From positions 1-37,335 of the forward strand of contig PGXI01000001.1 of assembly GCA_002839125.1 (NCBI GenBank): DNA of 37,335 bases, given 5' to 3'. Positions 16,161-23,066 of this stretch are shown here, piece after piece. Position numbers and translations under genes: made by a program. The DNA is from Tenericutes bacterium HGW-Tenericutes-5. Lineage in GTDB: Bacteria > Bacillota_I > Bacilli_A > Izemoplasmatales > Hujiaoplasmataceae. How positions within the stretch are numbered: the stretch's first letter is position 1; every line of letters begins with the position of its first letter. The notes below the pieces were generated by a model. The model saw nothing but the letters and a program-made list of their open reading frames with translations, did not search any database and had not been told where the DNA came from.

Positions 16161-17924
16161 TTATTTTTTTATATATCCAATCGCAACAGATCCCTTACCG
16201 CTATGAATAGCAGTTGCACTGGATACTTCTGATATATATTCCGGTTCTCTACCGATAATTTCAGTGAAAAGGACTTTATATTCATCTAATAGTTCTTGAT
16301 TTAAACAATGGATTAAAGCATATCTATCAATACCTTTGGTTTCCAAATCCTTTTTAACATGTTTAACTATTTTTTTTGTAATTCCCTTTTGTGATAAAGC
16401 AAATCCAAAAGCAGCTCCTTTACCTAATTCATCAATTGACATTATCGGTCTAATTCCAAAGAACATACCTATTTTACCAACTGCTTTAGGTAATCTTCCG
16501 CTCATCATTGCATACTTAAATGTTTCTAGACAAACTAAGATTTCCGATTTTGCTTTTTCTTCATTTAAAACTTTTTCTATTTCATCAATATTCTTTCCAT
16601 TTTTAAGCATTTCAACTGCTTTATTAACTAAAAGACCTTGAGCCACTGAATTTGTCAAAGTGTCTACAATTCTTATGTTTTTTCCCTTAGCTACTAACTG
16701 ATCGACCTCTTTTTTAATAACATTAAATGTTGCGCTTAAATTACTAGAAACAGCTACAACCAAGATATTCTTATAATTCAACAATAATTTTGAAAATAAA
16801 TCATTGATATATTTAATTGTTGGAGTTGCAGTTGTCGGATATTCTAGACTATTTTCAATCAAATCAAAAAGAATCTCATTATTCAAAGTAATTTTATCAA
16901 AATAAGTAATCCCTTCGATATTAACATTTAAAGGAATTACTACAACATTGTTTTCTTTTAAATAATTTTGATCAATATCGGCAATTGAGTCAGTAACAAT
17001 TACAGTATCACTTTCGGAATACTTCATATTGATATCACCAATCATGTCATCAACTTTTTGACTGATTACTTTACCGAATTTCCTTAATTCTTGGAATACT
17101 AATTCAGGTTGATTCGTATGAATATGGATCCTAAACATCTTAGCTCCCATAACGACAATCAAACTGTCTCCATAAGGTTTTAATGTTTCTTGGATAATTT
17201 CCTCTTTTTGATTACTATATTCAACTAAACCTTCTGTACAATATCTAAAATTAATTTCCTCATGAAAATCATGAGTATTTTCAATTTCTAGTTCTTCGTA
17301 TGCCATCTCTTCAATTTGTTCTTTATTGAAATAACTGTTAATACCCTTTAAGAATAAAACAAATCCCATTGCCCCACTATCCACGACATTATTCTTCTTT
17401 AATATCGCTAACTGTTCTTTAGTTTTCTCTAAAGCTTGCTCTGCTATAGTATAAGCAACCAAAAAGAAATCTTTGATATTTTTTGCGGCTGATAGAGTTT
17501 CTTTTAACCCTTTAGCCCATTCTTTAATTACGGTAATCATGGTTCCTTCCACAGGATTACTTAAAGATGAATATGTATGTTCTACACTCTCAAGAGCCAT
17601 ATCGGCAAACTCATCCAAACTCACTAATTCTTTACCTTTAGAGGCTGTTCTCAAACCATTAACAAACTGAGCAAAAATAACTCCACTATTCCCTCTAGCT
17701 CCAATAAGCGCTGAATCACTGATTGAATCTAAGGTAGTTTGAAAAGACTCTTGAGGTTTTGATTCTCTCGAGATTGTTTGCATAGTATAAACTAAATTAT
17801 TACCCGTATCACCATCAGGAACGGGAAAAACATTGATATCATTAAGTTTCTTTCGTTTCTTAACAACAAAAGTAGTCCCGTAGTTAAACATTTGATATAA
17901 ATCATGACCAGTTAGATATTCCAT
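16161..17924 (-). CDS. DAK2/DhaL (FakA-like N-terminal + middle domains) fused to a DegV (FakB-like) fatty-acid-binding domain
   Basis: N-terminus: FPVPDGDTGNN (DhaL/DAK2). Middle: FRYCTEGLV...GDSLIVVMG...RIHIHTNQP (FakA/YloV middle domain). C-terminal roughly 280 aa: VIVTDSIADI...VVIPLNV...YFD, ATPT, AVSSNLSATF, DTLTNSVAQG, MSGRLPK, IHSGKGSVAIGY (DegV). The start is moved to ATG 17924, 6 nt after SD GAGGTG. Confidence 0.75.
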   Translation of the reverse strand: MEYLTGHDLYQMFNYGTTFVVKKRKKLNDINVFPVPDGDTGNNLVYTMQTISRESKPQESFQTTLDSISDSALIGARGNSGVIFAQFVNGLRTASKGKELVSLDEFADMALESVEHTYSSLSNPVEGTMITVIKEWAKGLKETLSAAKNIKDFFLVAYTIAEQALEKTKEQLAILKKNNVVDSGAMGFVLFLKGINSYFNKEQIEEMAYEELEIENTHDFHEEINFRYCTEGLVEYSNQKEEIIQETLKPYGDSLIVVMGAKMFRIHIHTNQPELVFQELRKFGKVISQKVDDMIGDINMKYSESDTVIVTDSIADIDQNYLKENNVVVIPLNVNIEGITYFDKITLNNEILFDLIENSLEYPTTATPTIKYINDLFSKLLLNYKNILVVAVSSNLSATFNVIKKEVDQLVAKGKNIRIVDTLTNSVAQGLLVNKAVEMLKNGKNIDEIEKVLNEEKAKSEILVCLETFKYAMMSGRLPKAVGKIGMFFGIRPIMSIDELGKGAAFGFALSQKGITKKIVKHVKKDLETKGIDRYALIHCLNQELLDEYKVLFTEIIGREPEYISEVSSATAIHSGKGSVAIGYIKK

Positions 17925-17959
17925 TATTATGCACCTCAATAGTTTTAATTTATGGACAT

Positions 17960-17968
17960 ATTTTATCA
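17960..17968 (-). promoter_or_regulatory. candidate extended -10 (TGATAAAAT) for the Fak-photolyase operon
   Basis: Minus-strand TGATAAAAT lies about 35 nt upstream of ATG 17924 and downstream of the terminator at 18005-18038. The -35 is weak. Confidence 0.3.
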
Positions 17969-18004
17969 CAGAATGACTTACTATAAAATGATTAAGCATT
18001 TATT

Positions 18005-18038
18005 TTTAAAAAAATATCAAGCAAATTTTGCTTGATAT
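18005..18038 (-). terminator. rho-independent terminator of the padR-HAAS bicistron
   Basis: Hairpin ATATCAAGCAAA-T-TTTGCTTGATAT lies 5 nt after the stop and is followed on the minus strand by T7. Confidence 0.75.
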
Positions 18039-18042
18039 TAAT

Positions 18043-19029
18043 CTATTTTAAATGCTTAATTTTCTTGAAATACAAGCTAATTAAATCAATAATATTAGCT
18101 ACTATTATAATCCCAACTATTGAGGATTTAAATATATTAATGAAATTTTCAACTTGATTATAAGTAAAACTTAGTTCTGTAGAAATTCTAGTAATAAAAT
18201 CTACACTTATTAAATCTCCGGTTAAGAACACAACAGCAACAACTACACTAAATATCTTCGAGATAACATACATAATCAATAAGTTATAGTTCCATTGTGC
18301 ATATTTTATTTTGAATGCATATACTATAGCTTCAACAAATAATGATACTCCAAATATTAAAACAAATAATCTTGTATACTCTAGATTGAAAATACTTTCT
18401 TCAACAACCCATTCGCCGCCTACTTCAAACCAACCTAAATAAAGGTTGCTATAATATAAAATATATAACCATATACTTCCAAAGATTATTGTAACTACAA
18501 GACCTGCAATAGAACCACTTCTTGATATTGAAAGATTGGTCTTTTTTGGCACTTCAGGCAAGTCTTCAACTTTCCAATCATCTTTCTTTTCTCCATATCT
18601 ATCAATCGCAATAAATATTAGAGTAACAATCGCAAATCCGCTAAGCAAAGAACTAAATGCATTACCTATAGTTTCGAAGAAAACTTCAAAAATAGTTCCA
18701 AAAACCATATTTGACTCAATATTTTGCAGCGATTCAATCAGACCAAAAACAATCCCAATAGCTCCTAAAATAATCAATACAATCTTCAAAGTATAAAGAT
18801 AATCTCCCATCCATATAGGTGAAATCAGTCCTCTATAATTCCGATAGCTATTAGCAATTTGTCTTGGTGAACCCAATGAATAAAGCGCTCTTTTTACTTC
18901 TTCTTCATTAGATTCATCTTCAACCATTTCAAGAATATTGGCTCTTAATTCATTACCAACATCTTCTCTTTCTTCTTCTTTAAGTCTTCTTGTTACATCA
19001 TAAATATACTTTTCAATTAATTTACTCAT
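18043..19029 (-). CDS. HAAS (DUF1700)-domain membrane protein, about 6 TM; partner of PadR
   Basis: The N-terminus MSKLIEKYIYDVTRRLKEEEREDVGNELRANILEMVED...LGSPRQIANSY matches the DUF1700/HAAS pattern and is followed by six hydrophobic helices. The ATG at 19029 overlaps the padR stop (ATGAGTAA), with SD AGGTGA 5 nt upstream. Confidence 0.7.
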   Translation of the reverse strand: MSKLIEKYIYDVTRRLKEEEREDVGNELRANILEMVEDESNEEEVKRALYSLGSPRQIANSYRNYRGLISPIWMGDYLYTLKIVLIILGAIGIVFGLIESLQNIESNMVFGTIFEVFFETIGNAFSSLLSGFAIVTLIFIAIDRYGEKKDDWKVEDLPEVPKKTNLSISRSGSIAGLVVTIIFGSIWLYILYYSNLYLGWFEVGGEWVVEESIFNLEYTRLFVLIFGVSLFVEAIVYAFKIKYAQWNYNLLIMYVISKIFSVVVAVVFLTGDLISVDFITRISTELSFTYNQVENFINIFKSSIVGIIIVANIIDLISLYFKKIKHLK

Positions 19030-19360
19030 TAGTTTCACCTACAATTTTCATAATTTCTTCGTTAATTTTTTTCCATTCATTTAATAACTCATCTAATACT
19101 TCTTTTCCCAAATCACTAATTTCATAGTATTTTCTAGGTCTTGCCGAAGATGTATCCCACTCACTTTCTAATAAACCCTGACTTTCTAGTCTTCTCATTA
19201 AAGGATATAAGGTCCCCGCTTCTATCGATAGGTCTTTATCAATTAACTTCTCTAATAAAGAGTAACCATATTCTTTATTGCTTAACTGACTTAAAACCAT
19301 CATTATTTGTGTGCCTCTTCTGAGTTCGACCTTTAACGACTCAATGTCAACTTTACTCAT
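19022..19360 (-). CDS. PadR-family transcriptional regulator
   Basis: 112 aa winged HTH: YGYSLLEKL....IEAGTLYPLMRRLESQGLLESEW......RKYYEISDLGK. SD GAGGTG. Confidence 0.88.
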   Translation of the reverse strand: MSKVDIESLKVELRRGTQIMMVLSQLSNKEYGYSLLEKLIDKDLSIEAGTLYPLMRRLESQGLLESEWDTSSARPRKYYEISDLGKEVLDELLNEWKKINEEIMKIVGETNE

Positions 19361-19377
19361 TTTACCACCTCGAATAT

Positions 19378-19407
19378 ATTATACTGTATGTCATACTATA
19401 TTGTCAA
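19378..19407 (-). promoter_or_regulatory. consensus sigma70 promoter of padR-HAAS
   Basis: Minus strand: TTGACA (19402-19407), 18-nt spacer, TATAAT (19378-19383). The -35 is centred in the 15-bp palindrome TATATTGTCAATATA (19397-19411). GTATG-N-CATAC (19386-19396) lies in the spacer. Confidence 0.7.
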
Positions 19408-19453
19408 TATAAAATTATTAATTTTTTTAAATTTTTATTCTTGTGCAAACGAG

Positions 19454-19481
19454 TTGACAAATTGTCATAATATGATATATT
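19454..19481 (+). promoter_or_regulatory. near-consensus sigma70 promoter of the heliorhodopsin gene
   Basis: TTGACA (19454-19459), 16-nt spacer, TATATT (19476-19481). The -35 overlaps the perfect 13-bp palindrome TGACAAATTGTCA (19455-19467). SD AAAGGAGA lies 8 nt before the ATG. Confidence 0.65.
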
Positions 19482-19513
19482 TAAATTAGAAAATAAATAA
19501 AGGAGATATAACA

Positions 19514-20305
19514 ATGGAAAAAACAAGTTTTCAAAGCTTAAGAAAGTTTAATTTAATTATGGGCGCTATACATTTTGTACAGGGCATACTAATGATTATT
19601 TTATCCTCAACAGTAATTCAAACAATTTCCGAATTCAAACCTACTATTACCCAAATATTTTTAAGATTTGACACCACTACTCAATCACTAGTGGTTGATA
19701 TGAAAAATCTATTTGATTTACCTTTCGGTATCATGGTAGCTTTATTCTTACTACTATCAGCTGCTGCTCATGCTATTATTTCTTTACCTAAAAAGACGAA
19801 TGCCATTTACAACGCCGACCTTGAAAAAGGTATTAATCGTTTCAGATGGTATGAATACGCGCTAAGTTCATCAATAATGATCGTTTTGATTTCCACTCTA
19901 TTTGGAATCTATGACATCGGATCATTAGTTTTAATCTTTATCGTTAACGCCAGCATGAACCTATTTGGTCTATTGATGGAACAAGTTAACTCTGGAAGAG
20001 AAAAGAAAGATATTAAATGGGGAGCTTTTATCTTCGGTTCAATCGCTGGACTAGCTCCTTGGATTGTAATTATCCTTTACATGGTTGGTAATGGCAATTA
20101 CGAAATGGTTCCATGGTTTGTTTGGGCGATCGTAGGTACATACTTTGTAGCTTTCAATACTTTCCCAATCAATATGATTCTTCAGTACAAAGGGATTGGA
20201 AAATGGAAAAACTATCTTTATGGTGAAAGAGTATATATTACTTTAAGTCTAGTAGCTAAAACTCTTCTTGCTTGGTTAGTTCTATTTGGAGCCATGCAAC
20301 CATAA
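19514..20305 (+). CDS. heliorhodopsin (retinal-binding 7-TM protein with inverted topology)
   Basis: Block-wise near identity to heliorhodopsin 48C12 as remembered: RFRWYEYALSSSIMIVL (counterion Glu114), FIVNASMNLFG, IAGLAPWIVIILY, LQYKGIGKWKNYLYGERVYITLSLVAKTLLAW (Schiff-base Lys249, codon 20258-20260). His20 and His86 sit at the conserved His positions. Confidence 0.9.
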   Translation: MEKTSFQSLRKFNLIMGAIHFVQGILMIILSSTVIQTISEFKPTITQIFLRFDTTTQSLVVDMKNLFDLPFGIMVALFLLLSAAAHAIISLPKKTNAIYNADLEKGINRFRWYEYALSSSIMIVLISTLFGIYDIGSLVLIFIVNASMNLFGLLMEQVNSGREKKDIKWGAFIFGSIAGLAPWIVIILYMVGNGNYEMVPWFVWAIVGTYFVAFNTFPINMILQYKGIGKWKNYLYGERVYITLSLVAKTLLAWLVLFGAMQP

Positions 20306-20324
20306 AATCTTATTTTTAAAAATA

Positions 20325-20366
20325 AAAAGCATATATATCCTGAAAATGGATTATATGCTTTTTTTA
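20325..20366. terminator. bidirectional terminator shared by the heliorhodopsin gene and the convergent Nudix gene
   Basis: AAAAAGCATATATATCC / GGATTATATGCTTTTTTT (one bulge), 7-nt loop, with A-run and T-run on both flanks. Confidence 0.7.
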
Positions 20367-20893
20367 TTATTTTTGTAATATTCAAGAATTTTAATATCTC
20401 TAGTCACAATAAATTTTGTAATATAAATATTTTCATATTTACTTCCGATTAAGTTATCAAAACTATTTTTCATTGTTTCTAAAGCTTTGTCTATATCCAT
20501 CCAAAGTAGGGTTCCACCTTCTTCTTTTTCCTTTTCAGTTAAGTTGAGAAAATTGTTTTGTTTACTACATTCACCGATAAACACTTTGCTAATCTGTTTG
20601 AAATTACTTTGTGATTTATGTTCTTCAATATAACCTATTTCTCTAACACTACTTAAAATGCAGCCGGTTTCTTCTTTTACTTCTCTAATGAAAGCTTCTT
20701 TAAATGACTCTCCATTTTCAACACCGCCACCTGGTAATTTAAACTCATTTTTATTAACTTTATTGAAAATGGCAATTTTATTTTCCTTATTATAGACTAT
20801 TCCTCTAGATGCATAGCGAATAATCGGATTGTTAAAAGGTATATTTTCATAACCAATATCAGAATCTTTTATTATAGCGATTAAATTATCCAT
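20351..20893 (-). CDS. Nudix hydrolase
   Basis: Nudix box GGGVENGESFKEAFIREVKEETG. 180 aa. Confidence 0.85.
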   Translation of the reverse strand: MDNLIAIIKDSDIGYENIPFNNPIIRYASRGIVYNKENKIAIFNKVNKNEFKLPGGGVENGESFKEAFIREVKEETGCILSSVREIGYIEEHKSQSNFKQISKVFIGECSKQNNFLNLTEKEKEEGGTLLWMDIDKALETMKNSFDNLIGSKYENIYITKFIVTRDIKILEYYKNNKKSI

Positions 20894-21024
20894 AATTATC
20901 TCCTTACAATTATTAGTATTTCTATATAATTATATCACCGGAATTGGCAAATCTGTTGAACGAAAAAAAATTTTATGTTACATTATAAACGAAACGAATA
21001 TAAATCAATTTTAGGAGAACTAGC

Positions 21025-21810
21025 ATGGATGTATTGTTTGCGTTTTTACTAACTTTATTTGCTGGACTAGCAACAGGTATCGGAAGTATATTCGCCTTTA
21101 ACAAGAAAATTAAAAAAGAAACATTATTGTCATTTGCTCTAGGATTAAGTGCTGGAGTAATGATATACGTTTCTTTTGTTGAAATCTTTCCAAAGGCTCT
21201 TGAATCACTAAGCCAAATATATGCGACAGAAACAGCTTATTTGTTTACTACACTTTCTTTCTTCTTTGGAATCGCTTTAATAGCCTTTATTGATTATATA
21301 ATTCCAGAAAAATCAAATCCCCATGAACTTCATGATGAATTAGATGAAAAAGGAAAAAAGGACAGTTTAATGAGATTGGGAATGTTTTCTGCTATAGCTA
21401 TAGCAGTTCATAACTTTCCTGAAGGTTTAGCTACTTTTATTGGAGCACTAGAAGATCCAGCACTCGGTATCAGCATCGCAATAGCTATCGCTATTCATAA
21501 TATTCCTGAAGGAATTGCAGTAGCTGTACCAATATTTCATGCTACAAACTCAAAAAAGAAGGCCGTCGGTTTGACTTTGCTTTCCGGTTTAGCTGAACCA
21601 TTAGGCGCTGTTGTCGGCTTTGTTCTACTTAGATCGATATTTACTGATGCAACTTTCGGGTTTTTATTTGCTGCTGTAGCTGGAATCATGGTTTACATAT
21701 CTCTAGATGAACTGTTACCGTCAGCCGAAAAATATGGAAAGCATCATTTATCTATTACGGGTCTTATACTTGGAATGATTATCATGGCTGTATCACTAAT
21801 ATTGTTTTAG
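21025..21810 (+). CDS. zupT: ZIP-family zinc transporter ZupT
   Basis: HNFPEGLA and HNIPEGIAVA metal-binding motifs, about 8 TM, 261 aa. SD AGGAGAA. Confidence 0.88.
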   Translation: MDVLFAFLLTLFAGLATGIGSIFAFNKKIKKETLLSFALGLSAGVMIYVSFVEIFPKALESLSQIYATETAYLFTTLSFFFGIALIAFIDYIIPEKSNPHELHDELDEKGKKDSLMRLGMFSAIAIAVHNFPEGLATFIGALEDPALGISIAIAIAIHNIPEGIAVAVPIFHATNSKKKAVGLTLLSGLAEPLGAVVGFVLLRSIFTDATFGFLFAAVAGIMVYISLDELLPSAEKYGKHHLSITGLILGMIIMAVSLILF

Positions 21811-21821
21811 AAAACACTAAC

Positions 21822-21862
21822 AAAAAATAATACCTTATCATAATCGATAAGGTATTTTTATT
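21822..21862. terminator. bidirectional terminator between zupT and the S66 peptidase gene
   Basis: 10-bp stem ATACCTTATC / GATAAGGTAT with a 6-nt loop, an A-run upstream and a T-run downstream. Confidence 0.75.
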
Positions 21863-21870
21863 AGGAAAAA

Positions 21871-22947
21871 TTAATCACTAAAAACCGGTTCATTCAAAGA
21901 AATAATCCCTAGATCAAAATCAATAGTTGCGGTAATGCCGTATGGAATAACATTTCTAGGATAAGCATGGCCAAAATTAATATTTACAATAGTAGGTATC
22001 TTATGTTTTGAAGCGAAATCAGATAATATTTTATTATATTCATCAAAGTAAATTTCATTCTGTGGCTTTCCAACCATCATAGCTACAATCTTATCAAACA
22101 CTCCTTGTCTTTCTAATTCTTCTAAGTAAGTCTTAAATTCATTTGGTTTTGGTGTTTCTTCACTAGTTTCAAAGAATAAGATTTTATCTTCCCAGTCAAA
22201 TAAATCTGGCATTAATTTATATTTAATATAGATTTCCCTTTGCATTGGGTATCTTGTACCAGTATAACCATCATACAAACTCTCCAAACATCCTCCCAAA
22301 AGTCCACCAGTAATTTTTCCATTTCCATATAAAACTTTATAGCCGAACTTTTCACTCTGTGATTTTCTTTTAGTCCCCAATGCTTCAACCGAAAAATCAT
22401 TTCTTTCCAAATACCATATTGGCGAAGATTTAATAAGTCGAGTATTCGGATTCTTAAAGAATGTTTCAAATGCTTCTTTGGTGTAAGGAAGCATTTCTTC
22501 TTCTAATTCAGCTATGTCGCTTAGAAAATTAGGCCCATAAAAACTCACCACACCTAACTTATAAAACATTAGATGATTGTTTGTTGTATCAGAAAATCCT
22601 GTAAATAACTTCGGTGATTCTTTAACTTTTTTTATGAATTCTTCATCCTCAATTAAATGAGGTAACAATCGATATGTATCATCCCCACCAATTGCGCAAA
22701 TTATTCCTTTTATTCTGTCATCAAAAAAAGCATCTTTCAAATCTTGTGCTCTAGCTTTAGGATTTTGATCCAAAAAATCAATACCCTTTAAGGCATTGGG
22801 CATAAATATTGGTTTTAGACCAAAACTCTCAAGTCTTTCTATTCCTCTTTTTAACTGATGTTTGCACATACTTTCACCAAGTATTCCTGAAGACAAACTA
22901 ACAATTGCTATATAATCTCCTTTTTTTAACTTTTTTGGTTTTTTCAT
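21871..22947 (-). CDS. S66-family LD-carboxypeptidase / MccF-like serine peptidase
   Basis: Nucleophile elbow FTGFSDTT, acidic FFETSEE, C-terminal His in NINFGHAYP. The 358-aa length suggests the MccF-like subgroup. Confidence 0.75.
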   Translation of the reverse strand: MKKPKKLKKGDYIAIVSLSSGILGESMCKHQLKRGIERLESFGLKPIFMPNALKGIDFLDQNPKARAQDLKDAFFDDRIKGIICAIGGDDTYRLLPHLIEDEEFIKKVKESPKLFTGFSDTTNNHLMFYKLGVVSFYGPNFLSDIAELEEEMLPYTKEAFETFFKNPNTRLIKSSPIWYLERNDFSVEALGTKRKSQSEKFGYKVLYGNGKITGGLLGGCLESLYDGYTGTRYPMQREIYIKYKLMPDLFDWEDKILFFETSEETPKPNEFKTYLEELERQGVFDKIVAMMVGKPQNEIYFDEYNKILSDFASKHKIPTIVNINFGHAYPRNVIPYGITATIDFDLGIISLNEPVFSD

Positions 22948-23017
22948 GTTATTTACACCTTTCTTAAAAACAACTCATAATAATTATAATTCACAAACAG
23001 CAAATATTCTATACCAA

Positions 23018-23050
23018 ATAAAAACTAAGCATTCAATTAAGAATACTTAG
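23018..23050 (-). terminator. rho-independent terminator of the RumA-type methyltransferase gene
   Basis: CTAAGCATTC / GAATACTTAG (one mismatch) with a 6-nt loop, followed on the minus strand by TTTTTATTT. Confidence 0.6.
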
Positions 23051-23066
23051 AAAATTATTATTTTGA

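Noticed and set aside
20894-21024. Zur box upstream of zupT
   Set aside because: Only a short ATGT-T-ACAT dyad overlaps the candidate -10. It does not match the long AT-rich Zur palindrome I remember, and it is too short to separate from chance in about 30% GC DNA.
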